Source: Podarcis pityusensis
Lineage: Eukaryota
Assembly (NCBI GenBank): GCA_964106645.2
Contig: OZ078259.1
DNA length: 64,000 nt
Reading direction: 5' to 3' (one strand)
Position numbers and translations under genes: made by a program. The notes beneath the pieces are model-generated. The model was not told the DNA's origin. It saw nothing but the letters and a program-made list of their open reading frames with translations, and searched no databases. Shown in pieces: positions 41,941 to 55,049 of the stretch. Within the stretch, counting starts at the first letter, position 1, and each line of letters begins with the position of its first letter.

Positions 41941-42073
41941 CAGGGCTTTTTTCAGCCAGAACTTGCCGAAACTCAGGTCCAGCACCTCTCAGGCGGGTGC
42001 CATTGCCATTCTAAGAGAATGTGGGAAGTGTTCATGGTGAGTTCCAGCACCTCTCTCTAGAAAAATAGCACTG
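41941..42073. mobile_element. hAT-type MITE (reverse-orientation relative at 7643-7766)
   Basis: cagggctttttt...aaatagcactg termini; the two copies are reverse-complement similar. Confidence 0.7.
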
Positions 42074-45000
42074 TCTACAACTCAGAGTTTCATACAACTG
42101 TGACTTTCCCATCACTAGAGATGATTCATGAGCTTTCCACCCTTGCTCCAGGACCTGCTCTTAGGGGCTAAGGTCTCAGTTACAGAAGATAATATGCCTT
42201 CACCAAAGTAGTCACCAATGATGATAGGGCAAAGAAATGATGGTCAAGTACAGAAAAGGAATCAAACATGATTCAAAGACAAGGTCACACAACAGCACAA
42301 GCTCAATTTATCACAGGGCATTCAAGCAAGGTGCAACACAGCAAGGTGAGGTAACCAAACCAGGAGCCACAGACCTGTGTTTTCCCCAGCAACCAGAAGA
42401 TGGGGTTTGCGGTCCCCTAAACCACACCCAAACCCAGCTGCTGGCTCAAGTAGAGGAGTCTCGGGGTTTGCTTACTCACAATTGGATCAACACCTCTAGG
42501 TCCATAAACACATACTGTGCTGCTGCTCTTCAGCCTGGACCCTATGCTTTTGGTGCCTGCACTTTTGAAGACTGTGGGCAGGGCACTCCACCTCTTCCAG
42601 GAGTTCTTACCAGGCATCCACCTGGAGGGCTCCTCAAGGAGATCCTCAGCATTGCTCCACAAGGACCTCAAATGGTGAGGTATCTGATTCATGCTCTGAG
42701 GACTTCATATCAGATACCTGCTCAGGGCTAGGTGTGCCAATACCACAACTTTCATCACCGTAAGTTATTACGCTCACTTGCCTTAACCCCAAGGAGGCAA
42801 TATGTGATGTGGATGATAGTCCACAAGAAACAACATGGAAATTTGTGTTTAGCTTGCCACGGTGATTTTGCATTGGTTTCTGTCCTTCAGTATTGAAGAT
42901 GTTCAGATTGCAAGGGTGTGTGTGTGCAGGGAACGGACCCAATCTAAGCGGAGGTTGTAGCACCAGTAGAAGGAAGGCAAATATGATTACACAGATGGAG
43001 TTGTACTGCGTGATAAATGACTTTCTGCATAACCTGACTCTGAGGTCACCATTCAGAGGGTCTGTGTAAGCCTTTGAAATGCTGCTGTGAAATGTGTACA
43101 CACCTGAAACCTTTGAGGCAACTCTTTCTCTTTAAAGCGATGGACTTTCTGGCACGTTTTATTTCATAGAAGGAGAAGTAGGATCTTGAACAAATAGCTG
43201 GAATGAGGATTATCCATCCGCCTTCCTGGCAACTGGTTTCAGTGACCCAAGTCTTGCTTTTCTGGGAAGGCTGCCAGAGTCCTTTGAAAGGATGAGAGTA
43301 CTGATGGGCACATCTAGAGAAATTGTTGCACATATTAACCAGAAGCCTGCTAAAAGAATCAAGTGAAGAAGACATATGTGGGATTTCCCACTCGTCAAAA
43401 GCAGGTTTGGAGTTGGGGGCAAAGTGGAGGGACAGCAGGAGCAAATATTGGGGGGGGGGGGCAAAAGAGGTGGTACAGCAAGTAGACACAAAAGACAACC
43501 TCTCCTGCCAAGTTGTTGCTAGATTTGAAGAGATTTATATTATGACCCCACCAAGCCTAACACAAATCATCAGCCATGTTATTTGCCCTAAAGTTTTGTG
43601 TACCTGCTTTTGTTGTCTCCTTCGGACCGTAAAGGGTGCAGATTTCCATCCAATAGGCCTTGTTTGCATTTATTGGCTCAGGAGGCTGCATTTTAATCTA
43701 GGGCATCCAAAGTTCCCAAGACCAGGGTTCAAACGCTCTACATCAGTAGTTCCCAAACTTTCTGAGGCTATCCCCCTAGTTTCCGTCAACTCATCCCCAG
43801 TGCCCCCTACCCCATAAAATGCATCATTCACAGTAGCAGTTTGCAAATAATTAATAGAATCATAGCACTGGAAGGGACCTTGAGGATTATCTAGTACAAC
43901 CCCCTGCAATGCAGGGGGAGTATGCAATTGTCCCATAAGGGGATTGAACCTGTAATCTTGTAAGGGGATTGAACCTGTAACCTTGGCATTATCTACACCA
44001 TGCTCTAACCAGCTGAGCTATTTGAGCACTAAGGAATATAATAACACAATAAAACACAAAACAGGAGCAATTATTTGCACATTTATTCAAAATCCAATCA
44101 AACCTATTTAGTTTACTCAATTAAACAGCACTGATTAACTTGGTCCAGTGATGCCAACCTTTCAAAGTCTGATCGTTGTTTACACCTCCAGAGCCCCCTG
44201 TTGCTCCCTTGGCTCTTAGTATCTGCTAGGCACCCCAGGGGTGGGTATGGATAAACATGAATGCACCAACATCTGGGGTGGAACACATTGTCTACCTCTG
44301 CAATAGGGGTTTCCACAGACCCCACTGCTTCTCAGCCACCCCTTTCCTGCTCCAACCTCCTACCTGAGATCGTTATTGCAGCGGTGTGGTTGCAACCAAA
44401 AACCATTTCCATGGGACTGGTGGTGAGGCCAGAAAGGCAAAGCCATAGTAAAATCAATTTGCAACGGGGGTCCTGAAGGATCACTAGTCTCCACCTGTAC
44501 TTCCCCATTCCCTGAGAGTCTCATTAAAAGTCCTTGTCCAAATTCTCACATGGGCTGAGGTATGGCAGGCTGCTGGAGAGAGAGAGCGTTTCAGTGGTGG
44601 CATTTCAGCTGTGGAATGCTGTCCGCAGATAAGTTTGCCTGGGCTCCACTTTGATGTCTTTCCAATTCCAGAAGGCATTTAAAAACAAATTCCCCAGGTT
44701 TTGGTGGTGGTGTTTTTTAAAAAACTTGTGTGAATCTTTGCCCCTCCCCAGTTTAAAACATTTGTGCATATAGCACCCTGATTAAATAAGACTCTATGTT
44801 TTCAATAGCAGTGTGAGCTTAATATTGTTCTTTTGTCACAGATATAACTGTTGCAAATTGATTTCAGTACTTCCGTAAATTTAAAAAAATGGATTATTTT
44901 TATGCTTTTATTTTATATGGTTATTTTTAACATCTTTTAATGTGCAAGTTATTTTACTGTTGTTTTGATGTTTTATTGAAAGCTGTTTTGATAACATATT

Positions 45001-45105
45001 TGAAGGGCACCAGTCAAAATAAATGGCCACCTCACAGACCCATAGGGCAGAGTTGAGGGAGATTGAGTTCACAGTTCAAATGCAGAGTTACCTACTAAAA
45101 CAATA

Positions 45106-45469
45106 CAGTGGTACCTCGCGAGACGAATGCCTCTCAAGACGAAAAACTCACAAGACAAAAGAGTTTTTGGTTTTTTGAGTTGCTTCGCGAGACGAATTTC
45201 CCTATGGGCTTGCTTCGCAAGATGGAAACGCCTTGAAAGTTTGTTTCCTTTTTCTTAAAACCGTTACAGTAATACAGGGTGCATTGCTTGAAGAGGTGCA
45301 GTTGCGACTTGACTTCGGGGAGCAACTCATAGCACACGGTGTGGTAGCCTTTTTTGAGGTTTTTGAAGATTTTTTTGAAAAAACTGAAACCGTGCTTCGC
45401 AAGACGAAAAAACTCGCAAGACAAAAAAACTCGCAGAACAAATTAATTTCGTCTTGCGAGGCACCACTG
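45106..45469. mobile_element. Tigger/mariner-like MITE, family B
   Basis: TA|cagtggtacctcgcgagacgaa...ttcgtcttgcgaggcaccactg|TA, with internal repeats of cgcaagacgaaa. Confidence 0.88.
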
Positions 45470-45843
45470 TATTCTCCTCACCCAGTGCGTCTGAACTGAT
45501 CATGCTCCTCAATATGCAAACTGAAACACAGCTATCAAATGCAGTTCTCCAGCCAGGTTATGTGTATATACGCTAGGGTGTGATATACATAAAAATACAT
45601 ATATACTAGTGATGATAATATGCAAAAAGTGCATTACCTTAGAGAAAATGCTTTGCAAAAATGTGTATAGTAGACAAAATTGCATAAAAGTGTAAATTAT
45701 GATAAATTCATACAAAAATGCTGATGAATTTTCATGAGGTCTTTTTAAAAAAAATCAAAAAATGTGAAGAACCTAACTTAACATTGGAAATATGATAAAC
45801 TGAGAGCAGAGAAAACTGACAGATCTACCCATTCCCTACTATA

Positions 45844-46198
45844 AAGGTAAAGGTACCCCTGCCCGTACGGGCCAGTCTTGCCAGACTCGAGGGTTGTGCG
45901 CTCATCTCACTCTATAGGCTGGGAGCCAGCGCTGTCCGCAGACACTTCTGGGTCACGTGGCCAGCATGACAAGCTGCATCTGGCGAGCCAGCGCAGCACA
46001 CGGAATGCCGTTTACCTTCCCGCTGGTAAGCGGTCCCTATTTATCTACTTGCACCCGGGGGTGCTTTCGAACTGCTAGGTTGGCAGGCGCTGGGACCGAA
46101 CGACGGGAGCGCACCCTGCCGTGAGGATTCGAACCGCCGACCATGCGATCGGCAAGTCCTAGGCGCTGAGGTTTTACCCACAGTGCCACCCACGTCCC
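45844..46198 (-). mobile_element. Sauria-type SINE, second subfamily
   Basis: Same architecture with diagnostic differences (ggtacccctgcccgtacgggcc); perfect TSD attccctactata at 45831-45843 and 46199-46211. Confidence 0.9.
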
Positions 46199-47830
46199 AT
46201 TCCCTACTATAGGCAAGCACAAATAAATCAATTGCTACAAACCAAGGGGCAATACATCAGGGCTGGATGGCAGGCAACGATTTGAGCTGAGCCAGGAACT
46301 AGGAGCCATGGAACCAGCCAGTAGTCAAGAGCAAGTCCGAACTAAGGAAAAGCCCTGGTGGAGCAGGCCAAAAGCCCGTCCTGTCCAGCAACCTGTTCTC
46401 ACAGAGGCCAGCATGAAGCCTACATGCAGAACCCGTGTGCAACAGTTGTGATTCGGAGCAACTGTTGTCCCAGGGCATACTGCCCTCAGCCATGGAGGCA
46501 GCCATCATGGCAAGCTGCCCTTGATAACCTTGCCCCCCCCCCCCATTAAGCAGACAACCCTGGAGGAAACATTAAGGAGGAAGTGAAGATCGAAGATTAA
46601 CAAAGGATATAGGATTATGCCAGAGCTTGAGGAGGTCATGCTGCACAAGCAACATTCAACTGGAACAGGAAGCCTGTTGTCAGTGGTCGACCTTGGCGTC
46701 TCAAATTTCATAGGCGCCCACCACTTCACACACACTATTCTAAAACAAAGTTGCTGCATCGCCTGTAGTGCCCCTGAGGCTCCTCACCCAGTGCAACTGA
46801 ACTAATCATGCTCCTCTAAATCCACCTCTGCTGTTATGCTTCTTTCTGTCCTGGAACTGAAAGTATGTCAGGGGAAAGCTACTGCCTTGAGTTCAGTAGT
46901 TCACCACAAGGAGAAGCTATTCACAGCTTCTGCAGCTCCAGACACAATCAGCTTTTGCATATTTTTGTGGGGTGTGTGTGTGTGGGTATGGACCTGGATA
47001 TGGCATAGCAGAACTGTAGTTCAATGGTAGAGCATCTTTTATTCTCTGAAGAAAGGCCCTGGCTTCTCCCAGATTTCATATCGGTCTCTCCCAATATTGT
47101 CTGAAATCCGGGAGACCTGCTGCCACACAGTGCTGACAATATTGAACTTGATGAGCCAATGATCTGACTCAGTACAGGGCAGCTGCCTTTGTTGCTAGTC
47201 TTGAAACCATTCATTTGCCATGTACAAGCCATGATTATTCATTGCTCAGCAATAATAAAGGTTAATGTAGTCTTGCTAAAAATATTGTTCTTACTAAAAT
47301 ATTGATCTTAATAAACAGGGGCCTATAATTTATCAGAGAAATATTTGGCTTCCATAAACTGATGGATGTTTATATTATTAGTCTAGTTGTTTTTTCCCTG
47401 AGATTTCCATCATTACTTAATGACTCACAAGGGTGTCCACTGAGAAGGATAAGACATTGGCTTTGGACTATTTTAGTGGAAGATCCTCTTGAAGAACAGA
47501 GGGATATGCACGGGGTCAGGAAAAGGGACAATAAATCAAAGGTGGGAGGAACACGCTATGGCAACTGATAAAGAGTAGCATTTAAGAACATAAGAAGAGC
47601 TCCGCTGGATCAGACAAAGGCGTATCTCATTTTTCATGCTATTGTTGTAGAAATTATTGAATAGAATGAAAACTGAAACGTGTGTGAGAAGGGCTGCGCA
47701 AGTGAAGGTTGGTATGTGAAGGTTCTGTTTGCAAGGAAACTGTGAGTGAAGGATGGAATGACATGTATGCTGGAGCTATTGCCATAACTCTTAAGAACAA
47801 AGGAAGGCAGGAAATATAAGAAAGTTTTAA

Positions 47831-49870
47831 ACAGCGACCATATGGGCTGGCGCACATACTCACTCTGTACAGGATGCCACTCGCGCAGCAGCCTGTACGG
47901 TCGCCGTGAAAGTGGCAGTCTGCACGGACTCCATGCAAGAGGCAGCCTATAGGGCCGTCGCGCACAAGCAGCAGCCCGTACGGAGTGTGCATGTGCAACA
48001 ACCTGTACAGACTGTGCATGTGCAGGATCCCATGCGGTCATCGCACATGCACAGTCCATACCAGCTGCTGCACATGCACACTCAGTACGGGATGCCACTC
48101 GTATGGCAGCCCATTCGGCTGCGGTGCAAATGGCAGCCCATACATCCAACGCGCATTAGTAAGTTGCCCGTATGGCCACCGCAATTAAGTGGGAGCCCGC
48201 ATGGAGGGCGTGTGTGCGGCATCCCGTATGTACTGCGCACAATACCGCCACCCGTATGGTCGCTGTGCATGCCCAGTGCCTAAGCTGATGACACACATGC
48301 GCTCTCTGTATGGGATGCCACACATGTGCACTCTGTCCAGGCTGACCCACCCCGGGTGCCGATCAGGGTTCCTCCATCACTGGTTGCGTCGCTGATTAGA
48401 GTCCCCCTGTGCTTCCTGTTACGCCACGAATCTGGGTCCCCATTTCCTGTTGTGCCACCAATCCCCCCCCCGTTTCCTGTTGTGGCACTGAAATGCGCCC
48501 TCCGTTTCCTGTTGCACCCAGGGGCGTATGAAATGGGGGGAAGAGGGGGCAGACCGCCGCAGATGCCACTCTGTGCCGGTTGAAAGGTGGCAACTGCCTC
48601 CCCCTAGTGGTAGATCAGCCGAATGCGCATGCAGTCCGTATGGGTGCAGCTCACGCGGTGTACGTATCGGCTGCCGCTCTCGTGCGCCGACAATACGGGC
48701 TTCCATACAGGCTGCCTCTCGCACAGTGACCGTATGGGCTGACGCACGTGCTCACTTCGTACGGGATGCCACACATGCGCAGTCTGTACGGGGTGCCACT
48801 CGCACAGCAGCCTGTACCATCGCCGTGCAGGTGGCAGCTCGTATGGACTCCCTACAAGAGGCAGCCGATAGGACCGCTACGCACAAGGAGCAGCCTGTAC
48901 GAAGTGCGCATGTGCAACATTTTGCACAGACTACCCATGTGCAGTATTCCGTGTGGTCATCTCACATGTTCAGTCCATACCAGCTGCTGCACATGCACAT
49001 TCTGTACCGGATGCCACTCATGCGGCGGCCCATTTGGCCACTGTGCAAACGGCAGCCCGTACATCCAACGTGCATTAGCAGCTGCCCATATGGCCACCGC
49101 AATTAAGTGGCAGTCTGTACGGAGTGCGCATGTGCGGCAGCCCATATGGTCGCTGTGCATGCCCACTGCCTAAGCTGATGACGCACATGCGCACTACTTA
49201 CGGGATGCCACACATGCACAGTCCATACAGGCTGACCCACCCCAGGTGCCGGACAGGGTTCCTCCGTCACTGGTTGTGCCCCTGATTAGATTCCCCCTGT
49301 GCTTCCTGTTGCTCCACGAATCTGTGTCCCCATTTCCTGTTGGCCCCTGCCTCCCCCTAGTGGTAGATTGGCTGAATGCGCATGCAATCCATATGGGCAC
49401 ATTTCACTCAGCGTACGTATTGGCTGCCACAGGCTTCCTCCCGCACAGCGAGCGTATGGGCTGACGCACGTGCTCACTTCATGCGGGATGCTGCACATGC
49501 ACACTCCGTACGGGATGCCACTCATGCAGCAGCCTGTACGGTCGCTTTGCAAGTGGCAGCTCGTATGGCCTCCATACAAGAGGCAGCCGATACGACTGCT
49601 GCGCACAAGGAGCAGCCCTTATGGAGTGTGCATGTGTGACATCATGTGCAGGATGCCATACATGTGCACTCCGTGGAGGCTGACCCACCTCGGGGGCCGG
49701 ACAGGGTTCCTCCGTCACTGGTTGCATCAGTGATTTGTGTCCCCCCTGTGTTTCCTGTTGCACCACGAATCTGTGTCCCCCCTTTTTCCTGTTGCATTAC
49801 TGATTTGTGTCCCCCTATATTTTCTGTTTGGCCGCTAATTTGTGTCCCTGTTGTGTTGCGTCCCGTCCCA
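47831..49870. repeat. CpG-rich higher-order tandem repeat: ~26-29 bp subunits in units of 892 bp, 722 bp and a partial third unit
   Basis: The unit start acagYgaScRtatgggctgRcgcac recurs at 47831, 48723 and 49445. Subunits begin with variants of CCCGTACGG. Confidence 0.9.
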
Positions 49871-49959
49871 TTTTGTGTACAATGAAGAGCACTCTCCCAT
49901 TGTTATACAAGTCTTCCATTTCCTATTGCAGTGTTCTGATGTGATATTTGTTGTTTTAA

Positions 49960-50396
49960 TTTTTGTTCTTTATTTTACATTTTTTGTTTTGAGGCTTTTT
50001 GAGTTAATTTGTTTTTGTGACTGTGTGGATCTCAGTTCAGCTACTGATTGATTGATTGTGTGACTGCCGAAATGGATAAAAGTCCCCATCCAAACAATGA
50101 CTGTCATCAGTGCAGGTTAGAAAAAAATTTACTTTCAATTTTTATTATCTACAGTACTGTTTTATTTATTTTATATTACAGTACATTGGTTATTGCTTTC
50201 ATTTTATTGATCAATGGTCTCCTTAGATAGTAAAATTCATGTTGAATTGCTGTTTTAGGGGTTGTTTTTAAAAGTCTGGAACGGATTAATCCATTTTGCA
50301 TTACTTTCTATGTGAAAGTGCGCCTTGGTTTTGGAACGCTTTGGTTTTGGTATGGACTTCCGGAACAGATTAAGTTTGAGAAGCAAGGTACCACTG
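49960..50396. mobile_element. Right end of a Tigger/pogo-like (Tc1-mariner superfamily) non-autonomous element
   Basis: Ends in ...aggtaccactg, the same TIR terminus as the other MITEs in the window. No matching left TIR was seen nearby. Confidence 0.7.
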
Positions 50397-50493
50397 CACT
50401 GCCATATATGGACATAACTGCCCCTTTCCCTGTAAATGTATACTATAAATGCTTCTTCCTTATTGAGAATGCCTGCGGGAAGGAGAAAATGAG

Positions 50494-51495
50494 GTGCAAA
50501 GAGCCAGAAGACCATTATTGAGACTCACAATTCCTCTAAAACAAAGAATCGGCAGAGAGCCAACACCATCTGGCCCTGGCTCAGAAATAGAGCGGGTTGA
50601 GGAAACCGAGAAAATGGAGCAAATAGAACAAACAGTGAGTAACAACGTTGGGGGAACCTCACCCCCTCTTAAGGAGGATGTCAATGACCCGACCCCCCTC
50701 CTCCCAGAAAAAGCTAATCCGTCCAAGAGGGCAAGAGCAGGAGCAGGAGGGATTCCTCCCACTCCTTACGCTGACCCACCCATGCCTCTAGAACAAGATA
50801 TCAGAGGAGCCTGCTTTCAACCAATTCGGGATACGCACCCCTACCAAGAGATTTGCATATTGTCTGCAGAAACTATGGTTCTGGTTCTCCAAAGACTGGA
50901 TGAAATCCTCACTAGAATAGTTAACATTGAGAAATAATTGAATAATAGTTCCTCCCCTTTAAATGCCCAAGGGCTTAAAAGGATGATAAGAAATGACTCT
51001 GTTAATAACTCACCAACTCAAACTATGGATGAAGTGAGGTCCTGTCAAGTCTTGCAAACAAACCAGATAATGCTTGAGATTCACCGATACACTCATAGGT
51101 GGATGAACCGCAGACAAATTACTATGTCCTTGTCTCAGCTCCTGAATTACCATTACCGAAATGTAGATCTAGAAAATTTCCACTTCCTGCCTACCTTGAG
51201 AAACACCATGCGCCTATTTATGACCTTTAGGTCATCAACCCTCCCATCTCGACTCATGGAGATAAAGGATACCCTATGGTGGTTCCATTCTCTCCGCCCA
51301 GTGAGGGTATTTAAGGACGAAACTAGGAGGCAATTGGTCCCTTGCATAGAGTCAAAGCTAATGCGGATAAAGGAAACCAAGCTCAACACTAGAAATACTA
51401 ATTGCCCGAAGGAAGAAAAGAACTTTGTAAGCCTAGAATTACAAGACCTGAAGAAGAGGCTAATGAGTATAAAGAGATTTCTACCCAAAATATAA
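50494..51495 (+). pseudogene. L2 ORF1 (coiled-coil plus RRM-like region), split by one in-frame TAA
   Basis: Track ORFs 50494-50937 and 50938-51495 are in the same frame. Heptad-like LQRLDEILTRIVNIEK is followed by an RLFMTFRS...RLMEIKDTL...VRVFKD pattern typical of LINE ORF1 proteins. Confidence 0.6.
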
Positions 51496-52254
51496 GGACA
51501 GTAGAGCCTAGAGCACAATATTATAGACGTCCAACAGCTCTTTATCCCATAGAAAGACATCAGTGCAACTCCCTGTTCCCTTTTCAAACGACACCAAATT
51601 AGATGAGGAATTTGGCGCCTCCAACATTTCTTTGGCAACAACACCTAAAGAACTCTACGTTGCTGACAATTGGAGATATCCAGCACCAAATCTACATCTG
51701 GACCTTTGCCTAATGTTCCAAAAACTTATCAGAATGATCAGCCTTCTCTACTGTACTCCTGGCGAGACAGGATGGACAGATCTTTCAAATTCGAATCTGG
51801 CTCTTTGTTGGCCAGTGATCCACATTTTATAACACATTAATACTTCCACAGCCACAGATAGAACCAACATCCTCCAATTAACCCAGGAGGGAGAGGGGGA
51901 TTGACAGTTAATGAAACACCATGGGACTGTCCCCCCCGCTTGGGGTGCGGTTGGTTGGGTTTTATCTTCTAGGGATACTTACCCTATCAGACCTCCACCT
52001 CTTTCAGATACCATTTTGACCCAGGAGTCCTGGCCCAAGGATGACTTGTTATTGAGGGGATGTTACCCATCTATTGGGGAGGCTAGTATGGGGTTTGGAT
52101 TTCCACAATTGAAGGGCTAGGGAGGAATGGCGGTGGGGCTAGATATCTCTATCGGCGAAGGGTTTCGAGATGCAGTGATCCTCAAACCCCTTCCAATCTA
52201 CGCCCCATCCCAAGGGATAAGGGTAGGGAGAGCAAGGATTACACACCTCCGTCA

Positions 52255-55049
52255 TTGGTGCTGTGCAATGCCAGGTCCATAGGCAACAAAACCGCCACCA
52301 TGCGTGACTTTTTTTCTCGCAGGGGATTGACTTGGCTTGCGTGACGGAGACCTGGGTACGGGAAGGCGAAGTAGTCTCCCTACATGAGATAACACCCCCA
52401 GGTTTCTCTGTCCTCCATCAATCGCGGACTGTGGGTCGGGGGGGAGGAGTAGTGTTGTTATTCCGGGAGGATTGCTCTTTCAGAGCTCTGCCATCACCGG
52501 CGATCTCCGGCATTGAATGTGTTGGTCTTGTGTGGGGCACCAAGGAGAGCTTGGCTGTCTGGCTGGTGTACCCACCACCCAGCACACCTGCAGCCACCCT
52601 GTCAGACCTGCTGGAGGTGGTGGCGGGCTGGGCCTTAGAGTTCCCAAACCTACTGGTTTTGGGAGACTTCAACGTCCATGCCGATGCCGCTCCCTCCTCA
52701 CAGGCTCTGGACCTAGTGACTTCCATGGCAACACTAGGGCTCTCCCAGTTTGTTTTGGGCCCCACTCATCAAGCAGGCCACACACTGGATCTGATATTTG
52801 GGGCTGGCATAGATGTGATCATGCTCCCCGCTGTGGAAGTGCCATGGTCTGATCACTACGCTCTGAAAGCCAAGATTGACTTCCCGCTCCTCCCCGGCTC
52901 GGGTGGCGAACCTATTTGGGCTCGTCCGCGAAAACTGATGGATCCTGATAGATTCCGACAAGCCTTGCAGGCCACTGCTCCTCATTAGATGACCTTGTTG
53001 AGGACTGAATAACCGGCTCTTGGCAGCCATTGATGAGATCACGCCTAAGCGCCCTCTGCGACCCCATCGAAACCGGGCCCCTTGGTTTACTGAGGAGCTC
53101 CGGAAAATGAAGCGGGATCTCAGACGGCTAGAGCGAGTATGGTGACGGACTTGTGATGGAGCCTCAAGAACATCTTATAGGACGCTTATGAAAGCCTATG
53201 AGATGGCTATGAAAGCTGCTAAGAAATCTTACTTTGCAGCTTCCATTGCATCTGCTAGCTCTCGCCTGGCACAACTTTTTAGAATAATTAGGTCAATAAC
53301 GTCCTTAGGAGGACAACCAAATTTAAGCACAAATTCAACCCACAGCTGTGAGGCATTCGCGAGCTTTTTTGCGGAGAAAGTCCTGTTGCTCCGCTGTGAC
53401 CTCCCTGCCAATTTAGATACAGTGACTGAACTGGAGGCCCCTCGACTGACTTCAGGTCCAGTGTTGGACCATTTCGATCGGATACTCCCTACTGATGTGG
53501 ACAGATTCCTCCAAGTTGGTAGGCCCACCACCTGCCTCCTTGATCCGTGCCCGTCTTGGCTGATTAGGGAGTGTCCAGATGTTGCGCGGACCCCCCTGGT
53601 TGAAATTATCAATTTGTCCCTTGACACGGGGACATTCCCAGGGGAACTGAAGGAAGCAGTGGTGCGTCCACTCTTAAAGAAAACTTCATTAGATCCCTTA
53701 GACGTATCCAATTACCGCCCAGTTTCAAATCTTCCATACCTGGGTAAGGTAATTGAGAGAGCGGTTGCTGAACAGCTTGGTAGACTTCTGGAGGAAACAT
53801 CGGCATTAGATCCATTTCAGTCCGGTTTCCGTCCTGGTTTTGGGACGGAGACGGCTCTGGTTGCCCTAACAGATGATCTCCGTAGACAACTGGATCAAGG
53901 CGGGTCAGGACTGCTGATCCTTTTAGATTTGTCAGCAGCCTTTGATATGGTCGATCATGATCTTCTGGACCACCGCCTCGCAGACGTGGGGATACAGGGC
54001 ATAGCCCGTAACTGGTTGTGCTCTTTTATCTCTGGTCGGGGACAGAGTGTGGCACTAGGGAGGGAATGTCGTCGCGCCACTCCTTGGTGTGTGGAGTGCC
54101 GCAGGGCGCAATTCTCTCCCCGATGCTTTTTAACATCTTTATGCGCCCCCTTGCCCAGATTATCCGGAGCTTTGGGCTGGGCTGTCACCAATATGCTGAT
54201 GACACTCAGCTCTATCTGTTGATGGATGGCCACACCGACTCGGCCCCGAACACACTGACCAGATGCTTGGAAGCTGTGGCTGGATGGTTTCGTGGGAGCC
54301 GATTGAAACTAAATCCTTCGAAGACAGAGGTCCTATGGCTAGGTCGGGAAGGCATGGGGATGAGGGACCAACTCCCTTCTCTTGCGGGGGCCCAATTAGT
54401 GCCATTGCCTTCCGTTAAGAGTTTGGGTGTAATCCTTGACGCCTCCCTTTCCATGGAGGCGCAAGTTACAGCAACAGCCAAGGCGACATTTTTCCACCTT
54501 CGCCGCATCAAGCAGTTGGTCCCTTAGCTTTCCCGCCCCGACCTGGCCACAGTGATCCATGCGACGGTCATCTCCAGGCTTGACTACTGTAATTTGCTCT
54601 ATGCGGGGCTGCCCTTGAAGCTGTCCCAGAAACTCCAGCGGGTACAGAATGCTGCAGCGAGGCTCCTCACGGGGCCTCTGCCATGGGAGCATATTCACCC
54701 AGTGCTTTTCAAGCTGCACTGGCTCCCGATGGAGTACAGGGTCAGATTTAAGGTGCTGCTTTTGACCTTTAAAGCCCTTCACGGCCTAGGACCCTCGTAC
54801 CTACGGGACCGCTTCTCCTGGTATGCCCCACGGAGAGCCTCAAGGTCCATAAATAACAACACCCTAGTGGTCCCAGGCCCAAAGGAAGTTAGATTGGCTT
54901 CAACCAGAGCCAGGGCCTTTTCAACTCTGGCTCCGGTCTGGTGGAACGCTCTGCGTCATGAGACCAGGGCCCTGCAGGATCTGATTTCTTTCCGCAGGGC
55001 CTGTAAGACAGAGTTGTTCCGCCTGGCCTTTGGCTTGGAGCCAATTTGA
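52255..55049 (+). pseudogene. L2 ORF2 (APE endonuclease plus reverse transcriptase) with frameshifts and stops
   Basis: APE motifs LCNARS, CVTETW, LGDFN, GHTLDL and WSDH; RT motifs NYRPVSNL, QSGFR, LLDLSAAFD, GVPQGAILSP, YADD and LQRVQNAAAR. Broken at about 52320, 52988, 54065 and 54527. Confidence 0.92.

Noticed and set aside
42237-43817. Cluster of 150-165 aa ORFs; possible old LTR or gene fragment
   Set aside because: No recognisable domains, splice pattern or TSD-supported termini.
47831-49870. CRISPR-like repeat/spacer appearance, and many overlapping ORFs with 9-aa periodicity (QPV.../PYG...)
   Set aside because: Subunits are degenerate and the variable parts recur between units. There are no cas genes and the context is vertebrate. 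ORFs occur in all frames and frameshift between units, as expected for a GC-rich satellite.
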